This document shows positions 55,989-64,000 of a DNA stretch of 64,000 nt, piece by piece (within the stretch, counting starts at the first letter, position 1; every line of letters starts with the position of its first letter). A program made the translations under genes and the position numbers. The DNA is taken from the NCBI GenBank assembly GCA_003045865.1, contig PZPB01000004.1:6656-70655 (forward strand), read 5' to 3'. The stretch comes from Bacteroidota bacterium (GTDB lineage: Bacteria > Bacteroidota > Bacteroidia > Flavobacteriales > Schleiferiaceae). The notes under the pieces are model-generated. The model had not been told where the DNA came from. It searched no databases and saw only the letters and a program-made list of their open reading frames with translations.

Positions 55989-57533
55989 ATGGATAGTTAT
56001 CTCTTATTAGTAATTGCGCTGCTTATACTTGCCGTGGGTGACTTAATTGTAGGTGTTAGCAACGATGCGGTTAACTTTCTCACCTCCGCCATTGGCTCAA
56101 AGGTGGCCAGTAGAAAAACTATAATTATTATTGCGGCGGCAGGTGTTTTTGTGGGAGCGGCCTTTTCTTCGGGAATGATGGAGGTAGCGCGCAAAGGGAT
56201 TTTTAATCCCAGCTTCTTTTCTTTCGCCGACGTAATGGTCATTTTTATGGCGGTAATGATTACCGACCTTATTCTTTTAGATACGTTTAATACTCTCGGT
56301 TTACCAACCAGTACCACCGTTTCTATTGTTTTCGAACTTTTAGGCGCCAGTGTTATGGTGGGTTTTTTAATGCTAAAGTCGGGTCAGCATCCTGATTTAG
56401 AACTCCTCGACCTAATAAACACAGCCAAGGCCATTCAAATAATTGGTGGGATATTTCTTTCTATTGTGGTGGCCTTTTCAGTCGGTGCTGCATCACAGTG
56501 GCTTTCGCGATTGCTTTTCACCTTTAACGCCAAACAGGGTATAAAAAAATACGGGGCAATTTTCGGGGGCTTATGTATGACGGTAATTATTTATTTCCTT
56601 TTGATTAAAGGGATAAAGGGAGCTGATTTTGGTGATAGTATCAATAATTTCTTTAAACAATCTTCTGGTAGCATAGTCCTTTATTCTTTAGTCTTAAGCA
56701 CCGCGACCTTGTTTGTGTTGCAAAAATTCTTAGACATAAACCCTCTTAAAGTGGTAGTGTTAGCGGGTACTTTCTCCTTAGCTATGGCTTTCGCTGGAAA
56801 CGATTTAGTAAACTTTATCGGCGTTCCCATTACGGGTTACCAGTCCTATGGTATGTGGCAAGAGTCGGGCTTAGCGGCGGATGCCTTTAGTATGAGTGCT
56901 CTAGCGCAAGCGGTGCAAACGCCAAAAATATTACTATTCGCGGCGGGATTAGTAATGGTAGTTACTTTATGGTTTTCTGCGAAAGCACAGAAAGTGACCG
57001 ACACTTCGGTTAAATTAGGTAGTCAAGATGCAGTGGATGAGCGCTTTAAGCCTAACTTCATTTCCAATGCCGTAATTAAATTGGCTAATGCTTTAAATCA
57101 AGTTTTCACCACGATTGTACCCAATCACGCTTTGCGGAAAATTGACAAACGTTTCCACTATCAGGAAATGAAAGAAAAAGATAAAAAAGCTTTTGATCTA
57201 GTAAGAGCGGCGGTTAATTTGGTTATTGCTTCCATCCTTATTGCTTTTGCCTCCTCTTTAAAATTACCGCTTTCTACTACTTATGTATCCTTTATGGTAG
57301 CCATGGGTGCTAGTTTGGCGGATAGAGCCTGGGGAAAAGGAAGTGCGCCTTATCGTGTGGCCGGAGTGGTTAATGTAATTGGAGGCTGGTTTATTACCGC
57401 AGCGGCTGCATTTGCTCTATCGGCACTTATAGCCCTTGCCATTTACTTCGGAGGCAATTATATGGCCTTAGCCTTATTCTTTGTGGCTTTAATCGCCATG
57501 TATCGCAGTAATAGAAAGGCGAAAGCGAGTTAA
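55989..57533 (+). CDS. Inorganic phosphate transporter (PiT/PHO4 family)
   Basis: GVSNDAVN, GLPTSTT, AGNDLVN, LPLSTTY. Confidence 0.92.
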   Translation: MDSYLLLVIALLILAVGDLIVGVSNDAVNFLTSAIGSKVASRKTIIIIAAAGVFVGAAFSSGMMEVARKGIFNPSFFSFADVMVIFMAVMITDLILLDTFNTLGLPTSTTVSIVFELLGASVMVGFLMLKSGQHPDLELLDLINTAKAIQIIGGIFLSIVVAFSVGAASQWLSRLLFTFNAKQGIKKYGAIFGGLCMTVIIYFLLIKGIKGADFGDSINNFFKQSSGSIVLYSLVLSTATLFVLQKFLDINPLKVVVLAGTFSLAMAFAGNDLVNFIGVPITGYQSYGMWQESGLAADAFSMSALAQAVQTPKILLFAAGLVMVVTLWFSAKAQKVTDTSVKLGSQDAVDERFKPNFISNAVIKLANALNQVFTTIVPNHALRKIDKRFHYQEMKEKDKKAFDLVRAAVNLVIASILIAFASSLKLPLSTTYVSFMVAMGASLADRAWGKGSAPYRVAGVVNVIGGWFITAAAAFALSALIALAIYFGGNYMALALFFVALIAMYRSNRKAKAS

Positions 57534-57669
57534 CTGATTTTTCCCGAATAAGAGTGCTTTCCTAAGCTAAGTCCGGCAGTTAATCTGAGCAATAATGCTT
57601 CGAAATGGAGCTTAAGCCTCTATCGAATTTCTTACAATACTCTTTAAGCTGAACTCAGGTTTAAAACAA

Positions 57670-57696
57670 ACAAAGCGGCTATTAATGCCGCTTTGT
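57670..57696 (-). terminator. Hairpin between convergent genes, likely terminator
   Basis: ACAAAGCGGC-TATTAAT-GCCGCTTTGT, a perfect 10-bp stem with a U-rich tail on the minus strand. Confidence 0.65.
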
Positions 57697-57779
57697 AATT
57701 GCTGTTGTAATTAATATGTGCCGCTTTCGCTAGATGGCCATTCACATCGAATTTCCCGTTTAAAGCGAAGGCTTTGTTT

Positions 57780-59165
57780 TTAGTTATTCTCTTTAAAATG
57801 CTTAAAGAATAAAGGAATGGTTTCAATGCCTTTATAGTAATTAAATAAGCCGTAATGCTCATTAGGGGAGTGAATGGCATCACTGTCTAAACCAAAGCCC
57901 ATTAAAATAGACTTCAATCCTAATTTCTGCTCAAATAAGGCCACGATAGGAATACTACCTCCGCTACGCACTGGAACGGGAGTTTTACCAAAGCTTTCTT
58001 CCATGGCTTTACTTGCCGCGCGGTAACCAGAATCATCGGTGGGTGATACATAGGGAAGGCCGCCATGGTGAGGCGTAACTTCTACCTTTACGGCAGCAGG
58101 TGCAATTTTCTCAAAATGCTCTTGGAAGAGTTTGGTAATTTTATCGGGATCTTGATGCGGTACTAAACGCATGGAAATTTTGGCCTTCGCCCATGAGGGG
58201 ATTACTGTTTTAGCACCTTCGCCCATATAACCACCCCAAATGCCATTTACATCTAAGGTAGGACGGATGGAAGCTCTTTCAGGAGTACTATAACCTAATT
58301 CGCCATAAACGTCGCTTAAATCTAGGGCTTGCTTGTAATTCTCTAAGCTGAACGGTGCCTTAGACATGGCTTCTCTTTCCGCTTCGCTCAATTCTTGTAC
58401 ATCTTCGTAAAAGTGCGGAATGGTAATGTGATTGTTATCGTCTTGCAGACTGGCAATCATTTTATTTAAAACGTTAATGGGATTCGCTACTGCTCCACCG
58501 TAAAGGCCTGAGTGTAAATCGCGATTGGGTCCGGTAACTTTTACCTCTACGTAACTTAAGCCGCGTAAACCTGTGGTAATACTGGGGACGTCATTGGCTA
58601 ACATGCCCGTATCGGAAATTAAAATCACATCTGCGCTAAGCTTCTCCACATTGCGATCTACAAACCAAGCGAGGTTTTCAGAACCCACTTCTTCTTCGCC
58701 CTCAATCATAAACTTCACGTTGCAGGCAAGGGTGTTGGTAGCATTCATAACCTCAAGGGCTTTTACATGCATAAACATCTGACCTTTATCGTCACAGGCG
58801 CCACGTGCGAAAATGGCTCCGTCGGGGTGTTTGTCTGTTTTGCGAATAACAGGCTCGAAAGGCTTAGTAGTCCAAAGTTCTAGCGGATCGGGTGGTTGCA
58901 CATCGTAGTGGCCATAAATAAGCACAGTAGGTAAACTAGGATCTATTATTTTTTCGGCGTAAACAATGGGGTAACCGGGAGTGGGGCAGATTTCTACCTT
59001 TTCCGCTCCAGCGGATTTTAAGCTTTCGGCTACAACCTCCGCCGCTTTCATAACATCACCTTTGTAGGCGCTGTCGGCAGAAATACTAGGAATGCGTAAT
59101 AGGGTGAAGAGTTCTTCCACGAAGCGCTCCTTATTTTTTTGGATATAGTCTTTTTGAGAGGACAT
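57780..59165 (-). CDS. M20 family dipeptidase
   Basis: YGHYDVQP, ARGACDDKG, EGEEEVGS, DLHSG, HSPNE. Confidence 0.94.
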   Translation of the reverse strand: MSSQKDYIQKNKERFVEELFTLLRIPSISADSAYKGDVMKAAEVVAESLKSAGAEKVEICPTPGYPIVYAEKIIDPSLPTVLIYGHYDVQPPDPLELWTTKPFEPVIRKTDKHPDGAIFARGACDDKGQMFMHVKALEVMNATNTLACNVKFMIEGEEEVGSENLAWFVDRNVEKLSADVILISDTGMLANDVPSITTGLRGLSYVEVKVTGPNRDLHSGLYGGAVANPINVLNKMIASLQDDNNHITIPHFYEDVQELSEAEREAMSKAPFSLENYKQALDLSDVYGELGYSTPERASIRPTLDVNGIWGGYMGEGAKTVIPSWAKAKISMRLVPHQDPDKITKLFQEHFEKIAPAAVKVEVTPHHGGLPYVSPTDDSGYRAASKAMEESFGKTPVPVRSGGSIPIVALFEQKLGLKSILMGFGLDSDAIHSPNEHYGLFNYYKGIETIPLFFKHFKENN

Positions 59166-59186
59166 AGTAAAATTTGTGATTTAGCC

Positions 59187-59194
59187 CAAAGGTA
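59187..59194 (-). promoter_or_regulatory. -7 element of the M20 peptidase gene
   Basis: TACCTTTG on the minus strand. Confidence 0.6.
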
Positions 59195-59290
59195 AGAATG
59201 ATTTCGGCTGAGCTAAAGGATAGAAGGCTATAATTCTAGCTCCTTTTAATTTTTTCAGCACAGATCACTACAAAATATCAACTATGGGTT

Positions 59291-60172
59291 TTAAGCCAGC
59301 AAAACCAAACTTAAAATACCGCCAATAATTAACAAGCGGTAAAGGTAATTGAGATAATAAAAGTGTTCACGCTTCTCGGCGAAAGCCAAAAGACCCGCGC
59401 TAAAAAAAAGACCAGCCAAGCCAACAATGAGGAAGTAACCAATTCCGCTAAAGCCCACTTTGTAAAAAATAAGGGAGGCGGGAATCAATCCCGAAAAGGT
59501 GAAAAACGCAATCAGCCACTTGGTGCGTTTTAATCCTAAGGTTACGGGTAGAGTGGGGTAGCCAACAATCACATCTCCTTTAAGGGCTTCGAGATCTTTC
59601 ACAATTTCACGGATGAAGATAACCAAGAGGAGGAAGCTTACGTAAGTGAGAATTAAAAGGTCTTCGAGGTGGAAGTAAAGGAAGATGGCGAAAAAAGGGG
59701 TAATGCTTAGTAGGGCCGCCATCATATTGCCAATGAAGGTAATTTTTTTGAGTTTATGGGAGTAAAACCAAAGACTAAAGTTATATGCGGCGAAGAAGAG
59801 AAATACGTTTAAGCTGGCGCTATACGCTAAGATGAGACTGGTGAAGGTAAACACGAAATACAGTCGTAGCCCGGTACTTTGTTTTAAGATCTTCTCATAA
59901 AAGGTTTTCTTGGGCCTATTGATGAGGTCTTTTTCTAAATCGTAAAAATTATTAATAATGTATCCGGCCGCGACCGAAAAAAGGGAGGCAAATACGATGA
60001 AATGCACTTTGGGGTCTAAAAGATAGCTGCGCCAGTACTCGGGTTGGTTGAGTACAAATATTACCGTGAGGTATTGTGCTAGGGCTAAGAAAAATATGTT
60101 ATACCAACGAACAAGCGAAAATAGGGCTGATAGCTTATAGATTTGGATCTTGTCGCGCCTCCGCAGTGCCAA
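59291..60172 (-). CDS. UbiA-family prenyltransferase (DGGGP synthase-like)
   Basis: R..N, GYIINNFYDLEKDLINRP, YS..LK, REIVKDLEALKGD...G..TLP; multiple TM helices. Confidence 0.85.
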   Translation of the reverse strand: MALRRRDKIQIYKLSALFSLVRWYNIFFLALAQYLTVIFVLNQPEYWRSYLLDPKVHFIVFASLFSVAAGYIINNFYDLEKDLINRPKKTFYEKILKQSTGLRLYFVFTFTSLILAYSASLNVFLFFAAYNFSLWFYSHKLKKITFIGNMMAALLSITPFFAIFLYFHLEDLLILTYVSFLLLVIFIREIVKDLEALKGDVIVGYPTLPVTLGLKRTKWLIAFFTFSGLIPASLIFYKVGFSGIGYFLIVGLAGLFFSAGLLAFAEKREHFYYLNYLYRLLIIGGILSLVLLA

Positions 60173-60175
60173 AAC

Positions 60176-61114
60176 TTAGAGACGGTAAATAAGCTCGGTG
60201 TCGTAGCCTTTTAAAAGCTCTTGTGCTTTTTCGTAATCGGCGGTAAAGCCTAGTACAAATCCACCACCGCCACTACCGCAAAGTTTGAGGTAATAGGCAT
60301 TGGTTTCAAAACCTTGTTGCCATAAATCTTTCACGCTGTGAGGAATCATGGGGGTGAAGTTTTCGAAAACCAGTTGGCTTAATTTCTTTAAGTTATTGAA
60401 AAGAGGTTTGGTGTCTCCTTTTAAGAAAGCCGCAATACAAGCGTCGTTGTATTTGGTAAACTGATCTTTCATAACGTTGCGGAAACCTTCCTGCTTCATC
60501 TTTTCCATGAAGATGTTTACCATAGGTTGGGTTTCACCGGGAGCGCCGCTGTTTACTAGAAAAATTGCGCCTTTACCTTCGGCTGCATTAGGGATGCTTA
60601 CGGTACCTAATTCATCTTTCGAATGGATAAGCACGGGAAGCTGTAAATAGCAAATTAGCGGATCAAGGCCTGAGCTTTTTCCATGGAAATAAGATTCCAT
60701 TTGCCCTAAAATCTTTTTAAGATTTTGGATATTCTCCTTGCTAATGTCCGCCTCAGGGTCGATGCGATTAATGGCATAGCGATCGTAAATAGCCGCACAC
60801 AAAGCGCCGCTGCTTCCTACGCCATAGCCTTCGGGAATGGAACTGTCGAAATAAAAACCATCAGCGATATCGGCCTTAAAGGCGGATAAATTTAAAGGAG
60901 CGATAATTTCGCCACTTTCCTGCAGGTTTTCTAAATGCTGATAATATTTAGCGAGGCTGGCATTGGATTTCTCCGCAAAGCCACTTAAGCTTTCGGCCTG
61001 TTTAAAGGCACCTTGATAATAGTTGTAAGGAACAGAAAGACCCTTGGAATCGTTTATGATACCGTACTCTCCGAAGAGTAGAATCTTAGCGTAGTAAAAC
61101 GGATTACTTTTCAT
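60176..61114 (-). CDS. mvk: Mevalonate kinase (GHMP family)
   Basis: KILLFGEY, PEGYGVGSSGA, HGKSSGLD, KLCGSGGGG; ATG overlaps the mvaD stop (ATGA). Confidence 0.88.
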   Translation of the reverse strand: MKSNPFYYAKILLFGEYGIINDSKGLSVPYNYYQGAFKQAESLSGFAEKSNASLAKYYQHLENLQESGEIIAPLNLSAFKADIADGFYFDSSIPEGYGVGSSGALCAAIYDRYAINRIDPEADISKENIQNLKKILGQMESYFHGKSSGLDPLICYLQLPVLIHSKDELGTVSIPNAAEGKGAIFLVNSGAPGETQPMVNIFMEKMKQEGFRNVMKDQFTKYNDACIAAFLKGDTKPLFNNLKKLSQLVFENFTPMIPHSVKDLWQQGFETNAYYLKLCGSGGGGFVLGFTADYEKAQELLKGYDTELIYRL

Positions 61115-62142
61115 AGTGAAATCTTTTCCGGACCATTGCCGACGCGGTCGCAAATATACTCCCCGTTTTTTAAATAAGGAGTGATTATTCGATTAACGAA
61201 GTCTAGTACCTTTTGTTCGAAGGCTTTAGGGAATAGAAGATGCACGTTGGCGCCTGCATCTAGGGTGAAGTAGGCGGGAATATTAGTTTCTTTGCGGAAG
61301 GCCCAAATCGCTTCGATTATCTGCAAAGTGTTGGGCTTCATTAAAATGAAATAGGGATTTGAGCTCATCATCATGGCGTGGAGCGTTAAGGCTTCGCTTT
61401 CTACCAAAGTGCCAAATGCGTTCAGATCACCGCTTTTTAAAATGCTTAAAAGCTCCTCTAAATTGCGATGGGCTTGCTTGAAACGTTCTTTCGCGAAAGG
61501 ATGGTTGTTCATTAAACCGTGTCCCGCTGTACTGCTAACTTGTTTTTGTCCCTTCTCCACTAGGAGAATACAATCGCAGAAATCTTGAAAAACCGGTGCC
61601 ACATCACCTTGGTAGGGAATGCCATATTCGTCGCTACTTTCGTGGATGCCAGAAAATTCGCCCCATTGCCCAAGTGGACCATAAAGGGAACGACTGGCAG
61701 AACCAGAACCCAAGCGAGCCCACTCACTAGCTTTGCGATGGAAGTTTAATTCTTTTATTTTCCCTAATTCGCTTCTTAGGTCGAGCAGGCATAAAGCTAA
61801 AGCACTCATGCCACTGGCGCTGCTGGCAATACCGCTACTGTGTGGAAAGCTATTGTGGGTTTCAATCTTTAGTTTCTTGCCTAGTAAAGGTCCGAGCTCA
61901 CTTTTTATGCGTTCGAGAAATTGCTGCACCTTGCCTTTAAAGTCGGGTTTTAATTCCCCGTCTAAATAAAGGTCGAAGTCAATATCGCCATTACCGCTCT
62001 CGCCCACCACACTTACGGTAGTTTGGGTGTAAGAGGCACTAAGCGTAAAGCTTATGCTGGGATTCGCCGGAATTTGATTCGCGTATTTACCCCAGTATTT
62101 AACTAGTGCGATATTGGATGGACTGCGCCAAGTGCTTTGCAT
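61111..62142 (-). CDS. mvaD: Diphosphomevalonate decarboxylase
   Basis: SNIALVKYWGK, FPHSSGIASSAS, ARLGSGSASRS, SSTAGH, FTLDAGANVH. Confidence 0.93.
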   Translation of the reverse strand: MQSTWRSPSNIALVKYWGKYANQIPANPSISFTLSASYTQTTVSVVGESGNGDIDFDLYLDGELKPDFKGKVQQFLERIKSELGPLLGKKLKIETHNSFPHSSGIASSASGMSALALCLLDLRSELGKIKELNFHRKASEWARLGSGSASRSLYGPLGQWGEFSGIHESSDEYGIPYQGDVAPVFQDFCDCILLVEKGQKQVSSTAGHGLMNNHPFAKERFKQAHRNLEELLSILKSGDLNAFGTLVESEALTLHAMMMSSNPYFILMKPNTLQIIEAIWAFRKETNIPAYFTLDAGANVHLLFPKAFEQKVLDFVNRIITPYLKNGEYICDRVGNGPEKISL

Positions 62143-62196
62143 AATGCTAATTTGATAGGCTCTTAACCCTAGCTAAGAGTAATGGTTCTAATTATT

Positions 62197-63081
62197 TTAT
62201 TCGCCCGCTTCTGCGCTTCTTGCGGAAGCTTCGCGCTCGATCTTTTTAACCAAACCTTGTAATACCTTTCCGGGACCTACTTCAATAAATTCTGTAGTGC
62301 CGTCGGCAATCATGTTTTGCACACTTTGCGTCCATTTTACCGGTGAAGTCAATTGCTTGATGAGGTTGGATTTAATTTCCTCTGGATCGGAAATAGCCGT
62401 AGTGCTTACGTTTTGGTAAACTGGGCAAATGGGAGTTTTAAACTCGGTATTAGCAATCGCTTGGGCGAGACGCTCTTCTGCGGGTTTCATTAAAGGCGAG
62501 TGGAAGGCACCACCTACGGGTAAGATTAAAGCTCTTTTGGCACCGGCTGCTTTCATATTGTCGCAGGCTAGTTTTACTGCTTCTAAAGCGCCTGATATAA
62601 CTAATTGTCCGGGACAATTATAATTAGCGGCTACTACCACCCCTTCGGTTTCGGAGCAAATGCGTTCTACCTCTTCGTCAGCTAAGCCTAAAACGGCAGC
62701 CATGGTAGAAGGTTCTGCTTCGCAAGCATCTTGCATCGCTAGGGCACGCTCACTCACTAATTTCAACCCATCTGCGAAAGCGAGAGTACCATTGGCTACT
62801 AAGGCCGAAAGTTCGCCTAAAGAATGGCCCGCTACCATATCGGGTTGGAAGTTTACTAAGGTTTTTGCTAAAATTACCGAGTGCAGAAATACGGCCGGTT
62901 GGGTAACCTTTGTTTCCTTTAAATCTTCAGCACTGCCTTCAAACATGATATCGGTAATGCGGAAACCTAAGATGGAATTGGCTTCTTCGAAAAGTTCTTT
63001 GGCTAGGGGATAGTTTTCGTATAGATCTTTACCCATGCCGCTAAACTGGGCACCTTGTCCGGGAAATACGTATGCTTTCAT
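62197..63081 (-). CDS. fabD: Malonyl-CoA:ACP transacylase
   Basis: FPGQGAQ, TQPA, GHSLGE, ANYN, GAFHS, EVGPG. Confidence 0.97.
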   Translation of the reverse strand: MKAYVFPGQGAQFSGMGKDLYENYPLAKELFEEANSILGFRITDIMFEGSAEDLKETKVTQPAVFLHSVILAKTLVNFQPDMVAGHSLGELSALVANGTLAFADGLKLVSERALAMQDACEAEPSTMAAVLGLADEEVERICSETEGVVVAANYNCPGQLVISGALEAVKLACDNMKAAGAKRALILPVGGAFHSPLMKPAEERLAQAIANTEFKTPICPVYQNVSTTAISDPEEIKSNLIKQLTSPVKWTQSVQNMIADGTTEFIEVGPGKVLQGLVKKIEREASARSAEAGE

Positions 63082-63120
63082 AGGAGTTATGTGTTGGTTG
63101 TGTGGCTAATTTAGCCGCAA

Positions 63121-63537
63121 TTAGTATTCGCCGAAATATTCTACGGCGTTATTAATGGTTTCTTCGAGGCGAATGCGATGCAGTTGGCAGTTATGCTCGG
63201 CGATAGCGGGCGCGAGGATTTTCCATATTTCTTCCGCTAAAACTTCGGTGCTGGTAAATTTACCTTGCATGAAATCCACGTCGTGGTTGAGGTTGGCGTG
63301 GTCGAGTTTGCTAATTACCAAGTTTTGGATAATCTTTTTAAGATCTACCAAGTTCATTACGAAGCCGGTCTCAGGGTTTATTTTCCCTTTGGCGGTAACT
63401 ACCAAGGTGAAGTTGTGGCCATGGAAATTTTTGTTGGCGCATTTGCCAAAAACGGCATCGTTTTGCTCAACGGTCCAATTGGGATTGTATAATTGATGAG
63501 CGGCACTAAAGCGCTCTTTTCTTTCGATGTAGATCAT
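63121..63537 (-). CDS. 6-pyruvoyl-tetrahydropterin synthase / QueD superfamily (T-fold) protein
   Basis: FSAAH, CANKNFHGHN, LDHANLN, TE, EET. Confidence 0.9.
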   Translation of the reverse strand: MIYIERKERFSAAHQLYNPNWTVEQNDAVFGKCANKNFHGHNFTLVVTAKGKINPETGFVMNLVDLKKIIQNLVISKLDHANLNHDVDFMQGKFTSTEVLAEEIWKILAPAIAEHNCQLHRIRLEETINNAVEYFGEY

Positions 63538-63558
63538 AGTCTAGGGCGAAAATTTCCG

Positions 63559-63566
63559 CAAAGATA
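63559..63566 (-). promoter_or_regulatory. -7 element of the PTPS gene
   Basis: TATCTTTG on the minus strand. Confidence 0.6.
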
Positions 63567-63586
63567 GTTAATGAAAATCGGCTGTA

Positions 63587-63919
63587 TTAATGCAGCTTGC
63601 TATTGTTTTGATGGCGATCGTGGTCTCTTTTGGTTTTGATCTCCATCTTTTTATCAAAGGCCGCCTGTAGGTCGGTGCCGGTTTGGTTAGCGAGGCAAAG
63701 CACCACAAATAGCACATCCGCTAATTCTTCCCCTAGGTCTTTGGCTTTATCGCTTTCCTTTTCGCTTTGCTCGCCATAGCGACGGGCAATGATACGGGCT
63801 ACTTCGCCAACCTCTTCGGTAAGCTGGGCCATATTGGTAAGTTCGTTAAAATAACGCACTCCGTGATTTTGAATCCAATCGTTAACAATGCCTTGAAGCG
63901 CTTTTATATCTGCTGCCAT
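63587..63919 (-). CDS. MazG-like nucleotide pyrophosphohydrolase (YpjD-like)
   Basis: LTEEVGEVAR, GEQSEK, EELADVLFV. Confidence 0.92.
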   Translation of the reverse strand: MAADIKALQGIVNDWIQNHGVRYFNELTNMAQLTEEVGEVARIIARRYGEQSEKESDKAKDLGEELADVLFVVLCLANQTGTDLQAAFDKKMEIKTKRDHDRHQNNSKLH

Positions 63920-63942
63920 GATGGTCTTTTTATTTGGAAAGG

Positions 63943-63950
63943 CAAAGCTA
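63943..63950 (-). promoter_or_regulatory. -7 element of the MazG-like gene
   Basis: TAGCTTTG on the minus strand. Confidence 0.55.
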
Positions 63951-64000
63951 GCAGAATTAAGGAGGATGGGGAAGGGGGAGTAATGCTAGTTGTTTCATAG

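Noticed and set aside
1-64000. CRISPR arrays, IS elements, integrases, tRNA/rRNA genes
   Set aside because: No spaced direct repeats, transposase or integrase ORFs, or cloverleaf/rRNA signatures were seen in the intergenic gaps

Overview
A gene-dense, mostly core-genome window from a Bacteroidota (Flavobacteriales-like) chromosome. The assignment is inferred from TAnnTTTG promoter elements, T9SS SprA and CTD cargo, an ACIII-aa3 operon and a mevalonate pathway. In order it contains: a 5'-truncated SPOR-domain gene broken by an in-frame TAG; a convergent receiver/HEAT/GT2 module; cobB; rimP-nusA-infB; a small SPOR gene; actABCDEF-coxB-coxA; ruvB-queG; a five-gene TlpA / beta-barrel / Omp28 / T9SS-cargo cluster; ruvA-sprA-gcvH-vanZ-tonB-tonB; cysQ; the oxidase assembly cluster (cyoE, split subunit III, subunit IV, SCO, DUF420, small CAMC protein); TolC + adaptor + tsaB; a decaying patch (7TM histidine-kinase pseudogene, GT2, lipoprotein remnant); YyaL; Pit; an M20 peptidase; mvaD-mvk-UbiA; fabD; a PTPS; and a MazG-like gene. 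No rRNA, tRNA, CRISPR array or mobile element was seen. The best candidate for an undescribed system is 25583-31895. All five exported proteins there carry a cysteine pair, including an outer-membrane barrel whose only two cysteines lie in its last loop, which suggests a thiol-disulfide relay from periplasm to cell surface. Family assignments come from motif recognition only; no searches were run.
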